Of a stretch of DNA of 64,000 bases, positions 43,790 to 55,388 are shown one piece after another. Origin of the DNA: Chlorokybus atmophyticus (taxonomy: Eukaryota > Plantae > Mesostigma and Chlorokybus algae); contig RHPI01003156.1 of the NCBI GenBank assembly GCA_009103225.1, positions 37,342 through 101,341 on the forward strand. The letters run 5' to 3'. Under the pieces are notes generated by a model. That model had not been told where the DNA came from. It saw nothing but the letters and a program-made list of their open reading frames with translations, and searched no databases. Position numbers and translations under genes: made by a program. Numbering within the stretch: the stretch's first letter is position 1; each line of letters starts with the position of its first letter.

Positions 43790-46700
43790 TGTCGGGTCGA
43801 GGGGAGTCGAGGGTCACGCTGTCTCGGACAGCTGCATGGACAGCCATGCTGTGCTGGACATGGTGTGCTGCTGCTGGGTAGTACGGGCAGGTGGAGTCGG
43901 TGTTCTCCCTAGTGTACATGCTGTGCTGTAGCACACAAAGTCAACAAGCCACTACTATAGGTAGTGCTGTTTACACAGTTCTTTGCATGAGTGGAAGAGA
44001 AATTACACTGTTAAGTGAGGTGAATGAGCAAGCAACACGTGGATGCTATGCCTTGACTGATGCCAACAAGCATACCGCGACCAAGTACACAAAGCTCACA
44101 GCAAGGACAAGCACAGTGCACAAGAACATGCACAGGCTCTCACACGGTGAGGGGATTCTTGGAGACCGGGACGGTGTGTTTCGTAGTTCAAGTCGCTTCA
44201 CAAGCTCTTAGCTTTCTCACTTACAGTGTCACCAGCTGATCCGGTGAACACTGTGCCTACCTATACAAGTCAACTCATGACTGTCCAGAACATAAGCTAA
44301 CGGTCATATCGAGGCTATTTCCACAGGAAATCCCCACTCGATATAAAACCCGACTCATAACTGAACTCACAACTAAACAGCTACGCGCGGTGCTTATGTA
44401 GGCTATGGTCATGAGCTACTCTAGAGACATGACCTAGCTACTGGTTAGAGACGCGCGCGGGTTGTCATGCTGGTAAGCCGGGCGAGGGTCTCGCTGTAGG
44501 CATGCCCGATGACGACTGGCATGCTTGGGCGATAGGCATGACAGCTGTCGGGTCAAGGGGAGTCGAGGGTCACGCTCTCTCGGACAGCAACATGGACAGC
44601 CATGCTGTGCTGGACATGCTGCTGCGCCACCTGTGTAACGCGAAGCAAAAACAGAAAGAGATGACCTCAACCCTCATGGTGACAAGTGCTTCGTGCAGCT
44701 GGTGTGCTGCTGCTGGGTAGTACGGGCAGGTGGAGTCGGTGTTCTCCCTAGTGTACATGCTGTGCTGTAGCACACAAAGTCAACAAGCCACTACTATAGG
44801 TAGTGCTGTTTACACAGTTCTTTGCATGAGTGGAAGAGAAATTACACTGTTAAGTGAGGTGAATGAGCAAGCAACACGTGGATGCTATGCCTTGACTGAT
44901 GCCAACAAGCATACCGCGACCAAGTACACAAAGCTCACAGCAAGGACAAGCACAGTGCACAAGAACATGCACAGGCTCTCACACGGTGAGGGGATTCTTG
45001 GAGACCGGGACGGTGTGTTTCGTAGTTCAAGTCGCTTCACAAGCTCTTAGCTTTCTCACTTACAGTGTCACCAGCTGATCCGGTGAACACTGTGCCTACC
45101 TATACAAGTCAACTCATGACTGTCCAGAACATAAGCTAACGGTCATATCGAGGCTATTTCCACAGGAAATCCCCACTCGATATAAAACCCGACTCATAAC
45201 TGAACTCACAACTAAACAGCTACGCGCGGTGCTTATGTAGGCTATGGTCATGAGCTACTCTAGAGACATGACCTAGCTACTGGTTAGAGACGCGCGCGGG
45301 TTGTCATGCTGGTAAGCCGGGCGAGGGTCTCGCTGTAGGCATGCCCGATGACGACTGGCATGCTTGGGCGATAGGCATGACAGCTGTCGGGTCAAGGGGA
45401 GTCGAGGGTCACGCTCTCTCGGACAGCAACATGGACAGCCATGCTGTGCTGGACATGCTGCTGCGCCACCTGTGTAACGCGAAGCAAAAACAGAAAGAGA
45501 TGACCTCAACCCTCATGGTGACAAGTGCTTCGTGCAGCTGGTGTGCTGCTGCTGGGTAGTACGGGCAGGTGGAGTCGGTGTTCTCCCTAGTGTACATGCT
45601 GTGCTGTAGCACACAAAGTCAACAAGCCACTACTATAGGTAGTGCTGTTTACACAGTTCTTTGCATGAGTGGAAGAGAAATTACACTGTTAAGTGAGGTG
45701 AATGAGCAAGCAACACGTGGATGCTATGCCTTGACTGATGCCAACAAGCATACCGCGACCAAGTACACAAAGCTCACAGCAAGGACAAGCACAGTGCACA
45801 AGAACATGCACAGGCTCTCACACGGTGAGGGGATTCTTGGAGACCGGGACGGTGTGTTTCGTAGTTCAAGTCGCTTCACAAGCTCTTAGCTTTCTCACTT
45901 ACAGTGTCACCAGCTGATCCGGTGAACACTGTGCCTACCTATACAAGTCAACTCATGACTGTCCAGAACATAAGCTAACGGTCATATCGAGGCTATTTCC
46001 ACAGGAAATCCCCACTCGATATAAAACCCGACTCATAACTGAACTCACAACTAAACAGCTACGCGCGGTGCTTATGTAGGCTATGGTCATGAGCTACTCT
46101 AGAGACATGACCTAGCTACTGGTTAGAGACGCGCGCGGGTTGTCATGCTGGTAAGCCGGGCGAGGGTCTCGCTGTAGGCATGCCCGATGACGACTGGCAT
46201 GCTTGGGCGATAGGCATGACAGCTGTCGGGTCAAGGGGAGTCGAGGGTCACGCTCTCTCGGACAGCAACATGGACAGCCATGCTGTGCTGGACATGCTGC
46301 TGCGCCACCTGTGTAACGCGAAGCAAAAACAGAAAGAGATGACCTCAACCCTCATGGTGACAAGTGCTTCGTGCAGCTGGTGTGCTGCTGCTGGGTAGTA
46401 CGGGCAGGTGGAGTCGGTGTTCTCCCTAGTGTACATGCTGTGCTGTAGCACACAAAGTCAACAAGCCACTACTATAGGTAGTGCTGTTTACACAGTTCTT
46501 TGCATGAGTGGAAGAGAAATTACACTGTTAAGTGAGGTGAATGAGCAAGCAACACGTGGATGCTATGCCTTGACTGATGCCAACAAGCATACCGCGACCA
46601 AGTACACAAAGCTCACAGCAAGGACAAGCACAGTGCACAAGAACATGCACAGGCTCTCACACGGTGAGGGGATTCTTGGAGACCGGGACGGTGTGTTTCG

Positions 46701-47308
46701 TAGTTCAAGTCGCTTCACAAGCTCTTAGCTTTCTCACTTACAGTGTCACCAGCTGATCCGGTGAACACTGTGCCTACCTATACAAGTCAACTCATGACTG
46801 TCCAGAACATAAGCTAACGGTCATATCGAGGCTATTTCCACAGGAAATCCCCACTCGATATAAAACCCGACTCATAACTGAACTCACAACTAAACAGCTA
46901 CGCGCGGTGCTTATGTAGGCTATGGTCATGAGCTACTCTAGAGACATGACCTAGCTACTGGTTAGAGACGCGCGCGGGTTGTCATGCTGGTAAGCCGGGC
47001 GAGGGTCTCGCTGTAGGCATGCCCGATGACGACTGGCATGCTTGGGCGATAGGCATGACAGCTGTCGGGTCAAGGGGAGTCGAGGGTCACGCTCTCTCGG
47101 ACAGCAACATGGACAGCCATGCTGTGCTGGACATGCTGCTGCGCCACCTGTGTAACGCGAAGCAAAAACAGAAAGAGATGACCTCAACCCTCATGGTGAC
47201 AAGTGCTTCGTGCAGCTGGTGTGCTGCTGCTGGGTAGTACGGGCAGGTGGAGTCGGTGTTCTCCCTAGTGTACATGCTGTGCTGTAGCACACAAAGTCAA
47301 CAAGCCAC
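43790..47308. repeat. Tandem array of an 839-bp unit (about 4.1 apparently identical units plus a diverged terminal segment)
   Basis: Identical ORFs recur at 43891, 44730, 45569, 46408 and 47247 (period 839). Identity runs from 43861 to 47308. Segment 43790-43860 matches 44546-44616 with 4 substitutions, followed by an 83-bp deletion. Confidence 0.97.
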
Positions 47309-47352
47309 CCTCCCTGGGCTCTGGGGGAGGTTCCAGCTCCAGAGCTCAGCTG

Positions 47353-48754
47353 CTAGCGCAAGTGAGGAGGGCCGTTGGTACGGCAATCGTCGCACCAATA
47401 TTCCTCCATGGGTATCGTGTCCGAAGGTGGCTCCAGGCAGTAGCAATGCAGGCCCTTGTTGCAGCCATCGCAGAGCATCACGAGTGCGTCGTCGCCGGCG
47501 CTGCCGCAGCGTTCACAGTGTGTGCTGCGCGCGGGACGAGGGTGCTGGATACGCCCGAAGCCGGCTAAGTAAGGAAGGTGACATGGCGCACAGTTCACCA
47601 TGTTGTCCTTCAACCTTTCTCCGTTTTTGCCAAGGAGGTCCAGCACCCCTGTGGGGTACACTTTGAGTACCTTGTAGACGGTGCGGCCTACGGAGGTGTC
47701 AAGCGTGTCTTTGGTGGCTGCCATGCGATAGGCAAAGTCCCCCGCTTGAAACCGCCGTTGGCGCTCCTTGTAGAAGCCGCTGCGTACGCGCTCGTAGCGC
47801 AGCGTGTCGCGATGCTGCGCGATGCGCAGGTTGTTGAAGGCCATGGGGACGGTGCGCTGAAAAAGCGCGGCGCGCGTGGTGATGTCGTGGTGCATCCAGT
47901 CAGGGTCGTCGAGGTTGTTCACGACGCGATCCACCTCCTGCTGCGCACGGAAGGGGAGCAATGGTGGTCGCCCAAACAGCAGGTAGTACGGGCTGTACTC
48001 CCGCAGAGCCGCCTGCTTTGACAATCGATATCTAAGGGCCACCCACGGGGTGGTCATCCCAAGTGTTCTTCTCGTACTCTAGCACGTATTTGCGGAGTGC
48101 CTTCTTGATGGTCTGTATTGTACGCTCGGCGAGGCCGTCGGCTTGAGGGTGATCACGCGAGGTACGGCGGTGGTCGATGTAACATTTGTCCAAGAGGGTG
48201 TCAAATTCCCCTCTGAACTCAGTACCTTGGTCAGTGATGACCTCGGCGCAGCTGCCAAATCGGCTGAGAACGTGAGAGAGGAAGGCTTGAGACACCCCCC
48301 TACTACTCTTGTCGGGTAATGGTACCAGCTCCACCCATTTGGAGAAGTGCTCGATCATGACCAGGATGTAACGGTTGCCACGCGCCGAGGGTGCCAAGTC
48401 CCCCAAGATGTCGAGTCCCCATCGGTAAAAGAGACCGGAGATGGGGAGTGGGTGCAAGGTGACGCTACGCGTGTTGAGGATGGCGCGCACCATGTCACAC
48501 TGCTGGCAGTGGCTGACGAACCCCTGCACCTGTTTTGTTAACCCATACCACCAATATTGTGCCCGCGCTAGGCTGACTGTACGCTTGACACCGAAGTGTC
48601 CAAGCTCAGTGTGGAGGGAAGTGATGATGCCCTCACGCATGACCGGTGTCGGCACTTCCTTGTCTTCGTTGTGGAAGCGGCGATACAGCTTGTCACCTGC
48701 CCATCGATAGTGACAGGTGCGTTGGGTGACTCGGTCCTTCTCTCGGGCGCTCAT
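47353..48754 (-). pseudogene. Gypsy integrase with C-terminal PHD finger (PHD 47383-47517); frameshift near 48047
   Basis: LHTELGH...CQQC zinc-binding motif and DDE core. Tail CERC...CDGC...HCYC...WCDDC is a C4HC3 PHD pattern. Confidence 0.92.
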
Positions 48755-48959
48755 GCCGGAGGGAAGCTGGCCCCTTTGAAGAAAGGAGAGTGATGGCTTG
48801 TCCTGCCATGTGACCTGGTGTCAGTGGGCGCCAGCTCTGTGTCATCGACGTCAATGTCGGCTGCGTGGGCGTCTCCCAAGGGTGTGGTTGCTGCAGGGCC
48901 GGTAGACTCAAGGGCAGGAATCTCCTCTGCCATTGCTGAGGCCGTGGTGTTGGTCTTGC

Positions 48960-50450
48960 GCCCTGAGCGCAACGCGGCAGCAGCAAACATGGCTGCCATG
49001 ATGGGGGCTGTTGCTGCAGGGATGAGCTCATGCCGAGCTCCAGTTGCGTCGTTAGTGCTGAGGTGAGGGTTGCGACTAAGGCCATCGGCGTCTTGGTTGG
49101 TGAGGCCAGCGCGGTGGTCAATCTCGAAGTCGTATTCCTGCAACAGCAGGGCCCATCGAGCAAGTTTCCCTGTCAGATGTTGGTTGGTCATCAGCCACTT
49201 GAGGTGCTGATAATCGGTGATCAGTTAGAACTGTTGACCAAAGAGGAAAGGTCGGAAGAAGGAGATGGCCCACACTGCAGCGAGGCACTCCCCTTTGTAG
49301 CTGTTGTAGTTGGCCTCGGCGCTGTTGTTGCTTCGGCTGGCGTATGACACCACCCGCTCCTTCTTGTTCTCATCGTGCTGCACCAGCACCGCTCCCATCC
49401 CCAGCTTGCTCCAGTCGGTGTGAAGGATGAACGGCTTGGCGTAGTCCGGACGTTGAAGGATGGGAGCACTGGTGAGCCTGTTCTTCAGCTCCTCGAAGGC
49501 CTGCTGTTGCGGCTCCTTCCACGCGAACTCCACCTCCTTCTTCGGTAGCTCGTTGAGGGGCCTTGCGATCTTCGCGAAAACCTTCACGAACCGGCGATAG
49601 TAGTTGGCAAGTCGCAAGAAAGCGCGCAGACGTGTGAGGTCTGTCGGGGCAGGGATAGCTGCCAGAGCCTCTACTTTTGCCTGCTGCACATACACACCAT
49701 GGGGCACAATCATGTGCCCTAAGTACGGCACCTTGTGGGTGAAGAAGGTACACTTGTCGGGGTGTACGGTCATCCCCACTCCCTTGAGTCGTTCCAGCAC
49801 CGCTTCGATGTGCTGAAGATGCTCCTCGTTGCTGCGGCTGAAGATGAGGATGTCATCGATGTAGCACCGCGCGCAGTCCAGCCCCTTCAAGGCCTTGTCC
49901 ATGACGCGTTGAAACTTGGCGGGGGCATTCTTCAGCCCATACGGCATTATCTTCCATTGGTACAACTGTCGGTTGCCTCAGAAGGTGGTCTTTTGCTTGT
50001 CCTCGTCCTTGATGGCGATTTGGTTGTACCCCTGACGCATGTCCAGGATGCTGAAGACGGTGCAGTCTCCCACATCATCGAAGATACCCTCTGCTGTGGG
50101 CATGGGGTACCTGTCTTGCTTGGTCTTGTTGTTGAAGGGGCGATAGTCGCCACACATGCGTCGCTCTGTCCAGTTGCCTGCTGAATCCTTCTTCAGTGGC
50201 ATGGCGGTAGCTGCTGCGAAGTCCGATGTGGACTCTTCGATAAGGCCTGCATCAAGCAGCGCCTTACATCTCTGTTCCACCAAGTCCTCTTCCAACTTGG
50301 AGAGCCTGTATTGCCGTCGGAACACCGGCTCAGTGTCCACCAGCTCGATGTCCATCTGGTACACTGAGCATGTCCCTAATTCCTTCACATTGAAGCTGAA
50401 TTGGCTCCTCCATTTGTTGAGGAGAGCCTCCAGCTTCTCTCGAGTGTCTT
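48960..50450 (-). pseudogene. Gypsy reverse transcriptase and RNase H (premature stops at 49978-80 and 49225-27)
   Basis: RMCGDYR, RYPMP, LDMRQGYNQI, KTTF*, MPYGLKNAPAKFQR, YIDDILIFS, YLGH, LARWALLLQEYDFEIDHRAG. Confidence 0.95.
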
Positions 50451-50659
50451 CTGTGGCCAATGGGCCAATGGCATGGTCCCAGGAGGTTGCATTGGCAACC
50501 ACGGGAATGTCCTCCACTGTCACTGCTGCTTGCTCCTCCATGTGGACCACCTCGAGGGCTGTGTGAGCTGCCTTGGTGTCGGCTACGCGATCAGCCCACC
50601 CCCCAGCCAAGTGTTTGACATCCTCGAAGGACACGTGGCGGTCCTGCAATGCGAAGCTC

Positions 50660-51620
50660 AGCTCCAGCAGCCATACCATGCTGTTCTGGTCCATGGCGCG
50701 GCCAAGCAGCTGGCATTGCTGACTATCTGTCAGCGATGAGCCCGTGATGCCGTTGGGGAAGAATCCCATGGTGCGTTCACGTTCGCGTGCGTTGGGTTCC
50801 TCCAGCCTGTTGGTGGTCGCATCAAACACCATCCCGTCACCACCGTTCCAAAATGCGTAGGAGCCCGGGTAGGACACCAATGTGGGGAGTGCGCGACGGG
50901 GCTGACCGGGCTGGTTGCACGGGTAGAAGTGGTTGTGGTCATGACGCAGGACAGGTTGTGCTTTGCGGCCGGGGTCAAGGATGTCATCGACCAGCAGGTT
51001 GCGCGGCCGAGCGCGGCGCGTGTATTCTGCGGTCATGAGTTCCTCCACGGTGGCCAAGTTTGTCCACTTGGCACGTACACGATGTGCGCGCGAGCCATGT
51101 CGTGCAGCGTTCACTTTGAGTGGGTGCCCCAGAATGGAGCAAACTTGTCGGTAGCTGGAGGCCACATGCGGACGCTTGTCGTCCTCTGAATGCACATTTT
51201 CGATGACGTACCCCAGGGGCCTGGAGATCTGGTGGTGTTGAAGAAGGTGGATGATTCTCATCAGCTCCCAAAACAGCCATGAGCGAGTATTTTCGAGGCC
51301 TTGCCCCTTGCCTGCCCTGGAGTGCCCTTGGCATTCCCACCCACCTATTAATAGGTCGACGTTGCCGAGGGACAGTAGGTGATCTCCAGTGATCAGCCGG
51401 ATGTCCTGTGGCAATGCTTTGAGGCTGCCTTGCAGCGCCGAGAGGGGTAGTTGACGTGGATACCTTGCGTGCAGTTGGCGTAAGTGGTGCTTGAGGACCG
51501 TTGCGCGTGTGGGTCTGAGTTGCAGTAATAGTATTTGACAACCTTCACGCCCGTGTTGAGGACCGCAGCAAGAACGCTGCCAATGCCTGCAAACAGCTCC
51601 AACACTGTGATGCCCTGTTG
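50660..51620 (-). pseudogene. C5 cytosine DNA methyltransferase domain embedded in gypsy pol (1-nt frameshift near 51503)
   Basis: Motifs in canonical order: I LELFAGIG (51579-51602), IV DLLIGGWECQGHS (Cys 51331-33), VI YVIENV (51193-51201), VIII AHRVRAKWTNL, IX ERERTMGF, X LLGRAMD. Confidence 0.92.
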
Positions 51621-52129
51621 CCTGCGAAAGGTGTGGAACTCCACCACTCCGGTGGCCACCATATGGTGGTCCTGCACCTTGATCTGGCTTTGGTAGTTGG
51701 GGAAGCGCATGGTGATCAATGGATGGCTGAGCAAGACGTGCGCATCCTGTGCGCGCCAGCGCCGTTTAGCTGGGTCTTGTAATGCTACTTCCACGGTGGC
51801 ATCCTCCTGCTCCTTGTTGTAGGGGGTGGGAGAGGAGTCGACGATTCGACACGGGGCCGTGGCACCAGCAGCGACTTGCGTCCGAGCGCCGTCGTATGTG
51901 GCCATTGCAGCCTCCCGGGTGCGGGCGTGGCTGCGTGTGGCCACGGCAGCCACTTTGCGTTGGGCGCGCGTGTGCGAGACCAATTCGAGAGGCAGGAAAC
52001 CCTGCACCTCTCCGTCATCCTCATCCCAATGTGGCCGAAACCACGCTCACTCTGTCCAGCAGTCGAGGCCCATACCCACAGGGAAGTTGAAGTCCTGCCC
52101 AAGCAGAAAGTTGAAGGAGCCGGCATTGG

Positions 52130-52420
52130 TGACCACGTATTGCTGGATGATCTCGGTTGTGTGGGTCGGGTCCAGCCCTGTCAACCGAATCAAAAGGCCT
52201 CCCTGGTGACTCCCATCCCCTTATCTCGGCTACATGTGGCAGTGTCCAACACGTACGGGCAAGGCACCAAGTCGGAGCTGGTTATGCCGAGGGACCGCGC
52301 GAGGAAGCGCCCGATGACGACAGGCTGTGCTTCGGTGTCCAACATTACCCGCTTGGGTGCCAGGCCGTTGATGGTAACGTGCTTGCCTTGGTTGGCCACT
52401 ATGGCAGCATTGGCGTCAAT
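52130..52420 (-). pseudogene. Gypsy aspartic protease (active site reads DTE instead of DTG)
   Basis: RVMLDTEAQPVVIG at 52331-52339, followed by VLLDDL (the ILGxD-equivalent region) in a shifted frame. Confidence 0.75.
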
Positions 52421-54919
52421 ACGCAGCCTCTTCATACGAGCTGTCTGCGCCTTTGTCTCAGTTGTCTCAACTGGAGATGCTGAGCGCATGGCAGCCAGAG
52501 CTCCTCTGCCTGCTGAGTCCGGAGAACCCCCGCCTTGCCCTCTCCCTCTGCCGAACCAACCTTGTCGTGGTGGTTGGTAGACACGGGGGGGCCTCGGTGC
52601 TGGAGGTTCCGGCGCTGGTTGTGGTGGCGGCGCAGGTGGATGCCGCCTCTGCGAAGATGGAATCACGCCCGCGGGTGTATCCAATGGCTGTGGAGGAAAC
52701 CCCAGCGGACCCGGTGTTTGTGGGCTTGCCTCGCGTTCAGCTTGCTCCGCGGCGTACGTCCAGCGGACAGCATGAGCCGCTTCTCTGACCAACGTCCTTT
52801 CCCACGTGGCCGTGGGCTCGGTGTCCGTGTCGGTCCAATGATGATATTGAGGCATGGGCTGCAGGTATACGGCGCGTAGTAGCTGTCGCCGCATGTCGTA
52901 AGTGATGGTGGGGACTCGCAAGATCCCTGCCATATAGGCATCCCACCTTCCTTGTACCACTCCCACATCGAGCACGGTCATGGCGCGCGCGCGTAGGGTG
53001 CGCTGGAGGTCAGTCTGCTGTGCGTGTAGCTCATGAGCAATGGCGATGCGCCGCCGTTGCCGTGCGGCTTCCACCTCTGGCAGCCGCAGCATTGCCTCTT
53101 GCACTCCCTCCAGCGTGTCCGGGGCTGTGGTGGCAGCCTCGTCGTATGCTTGCCGAAGCGAACGAACGAATGCCCCCAACCATGATGCTCAGTTGCCAAA
53201 GGCAAACAGGGGGACAGCAGGGTGATTGGCAACGAGCCATGTCACGAGACGAGCTCGTGCGGCGCTGCACTCTTGCATCCCCATCATCTGTCTTAACGTG
53301 TTGCCCTCAGGCCTGTGCAACATAACTGCTTGCCGGATGAGTGCGGTACGGAGTTGTTGCTCCCCCACCATACCAGCTCCTCCTCGTTGTGTGGTGTCCC
53401 CTTGCGGGGTGAGGTACCCTCGCCCTGCATCGCGTTGATCCTCAGGCATGTCTTCGACCAAAAGAGGCAGCAGCGGGGCGATTACCCCCCTCAATTGTTG
53501 CGCCAACGCCCTCGCTTGGTCTGCAATAGTTGCTTGGCCTGGCTGTTCGGTGGCGATTGCCGTTGAGTACGCTGTTGTCAGTGCCGTGGAGGCGCTGGCA
53601 ACATTTGCCGGCGTTACGGTTGGTACGATAACGGCGTGTGCTGCTTCGTACGCCTGTCGGCGCGTCCACGTGGGCATCTTGGTCCGCCCAATAGCGATGG
53701 GCCTGTTCGAGGGCAGAGAAACGCTCTTGACGACTGCCTGGAGTGAGCCCCCGGAGAGCGGGATCAGCGCCCGGCGCGATGTCAGACATGGTGACCACGA
53801 GGTCTTGTATTTTGTGTCGCTGGAGGCCGAGTGGGTCCAGTGGCGAGGGCTCGAAGTCGATCTGTTGAGGGGGCATGGGTTGCCGCGTTTGGCTGGGTGC
53901 GCCCTGCAATTGTGCGTGTAATGCCAGGAACAACTGGATGGCCAGCTCCAATACTGCAGGTCGACGGTAGGTGACCCCGAAGAGACGATCCCTCATCTCT
54001 GGTGCAGTGCCGGCGAGGATTTCATCCTCCAGCTGCTGTTGTGTGGATTCCAACAGCGTGTGGTACTCTGGAGTTGGTAGGGGCAAGATGCGATCATCGC
54101 GTGCCACGCGCGTGGTGCGTTGCCCCCCTGGTCCATACGCAATGGTGGTGGGCTCCACGTTGCGTAGAACCGACGCCCAGGCGCGTTCTGCTTGTGGCCC
54201 GTGTGGCACTTGCTGTGTGACGTCAAGCGCTGGTGGCGGTGCCGTTCGAAGTTCAGGAAGTGGTGCAGTGGGTATGGCAGCACTACTGGAGGCGATGGTG
54301 GTGGCACGTCGTCGTTACTGAGGTGGCGGCTGTGAGGGTGGCAGCAGTTGCGGCCGATGTGGTCGCTTCGATGGAGGCAGGAGTGGTGGATTCACCACTT
54401 ATGAACCCAACGACCATAGACCATAGTTATTGCGGCGTGGGTGCTCTCCATCACCGGGAACAGCGTGGTGCCAAGAGTGCTGACACCTGCTGTCGTGGTC
54501 GGTGTGGACGCCGATGGTGTCGTCGACGGCGTCGTCCCAGCGGTGGTTGTGGCTGCCGAGGCAGCACCACTTGTGGCGTCCGACGATGCCGCTGTTGACG
54601 ACGCGCCAGCTTCCCTGCGCGCACGTCTTGATGGTTGTACGCGTGACGGCGTGGGAGTGTCCCTATCCCGTTTTGGTGCCATCAGTGCCCACCTAGCAGC
54701 ATAGCAGGCTTGATAGTCCTGCTCCTTGTTCTCCTCCAGCTGTGCCACGCGCGCCATCAGGGCTGCCACTTGGTCAATAGCCGGTGGATTGGTTGGTGCC
54801 TTTACAGCAGCAGCTCCAGCGCGAGGACGTCCCTCAGGTCCTTTGTGCTGTGGAGGGCGGTTTTTCCTGTTGACGGACGACATCCAGTCAGCCTGACTCC
54901 CATAGACTAAGGCATTGAG

Positions 54920-55374
54920 TGTTAGAAATGGCTAAGTCCTTGTGCACGTCGCACTTGCAATACGAGAACTGATATCGAGCAGTTGTGAGTCTAGCGCTCG
55001 ATATCGGTATAGACTGCTGGCGGACACTCAAGACTCCGGACTTGGGAGCATCTGGAAGAGTCTGGCGACAGGCCAGAGCTTCGGTAGAAGTTGCAGAACT
55101 TCGTGGCTACTTAGTTGCAAGGAACGTGGCATAGCTTGTTGGAAAGGTCTTGAAGCTGGCTACGTGGAGCAACTTAGAGCACCTGAATAGGACGCTTGTA
55201 GAAGGCGCAGGACCTTCTAGAGTAGAGGTGTGTAGTCTGGCTAAGTATATAAGCTAGCGGACTACACTTGCTTGAATGGAATAGTGATTGCTCTTAGCCC
55301 AAGCCTTGGCGGCTGTTGTGTTGTATGTGTCATGCCCTGCCCTGCTGCATGTGTCCACTAGCTTCCCCACAATA
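54920..55374 (+). repeat. Putative 5' LTR of the copia element
   Basis: Begins TGTTAG, contains TATATAA at 55246-52 and ends immediately before the PBS. No partner LTR is in the window, so the ends are inferred. Confidence 0.65.
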
Positions 55375-55388
55375 GGTTATGGGCCCAC
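55375..55388 (+). promoter_or_regulatory. Primer-binding site complementary to the anticodon arm of initiator tRNA-Met (half-tRNA priming)
   Basis: GGTTATGGGCCCAC is the known PBS type of Drosophila copia and Volvox Osser. Confidence 0.85.

Larger units (their letters stand above)
47309..54919 (-). mobile_element. Ty3/gypsy LTR retrotransposon internal region (ORF1-PR-DNMT-RT-RH-INT-PHD), degenerate copy
   Basis: Domain order PR, RT (YIDD 49852-49863), RNase H (LHTDWS...SYASRS...ECLAAVW), integrase (HHCC; WGLD, TDQGTEF, AER) defines gypsy. PPT-like AGGGAGGG lies at 47315-47308. Several stops and frameshifts are present. Confidence 0.95.

Noticed and set aside
43891-47290. Repeated 67-106 aa ORFs in the array as real genes
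   Set aside because: No motifs, overlapping frames on both strands, and the repetition is explained by the array itself.
43790-47308. CRISPR-like array
   Set aside because: The units are 839 bp and identical, with no unique spacers and no cas genes, in a eukaryotic context.
50660-51620. Bacterial restriction-modification methylase or contamination
   Set aside because: The domain is in frame with gypsy RT, has no endonuclease partner and lies in contiguous eukaryotic sequence.
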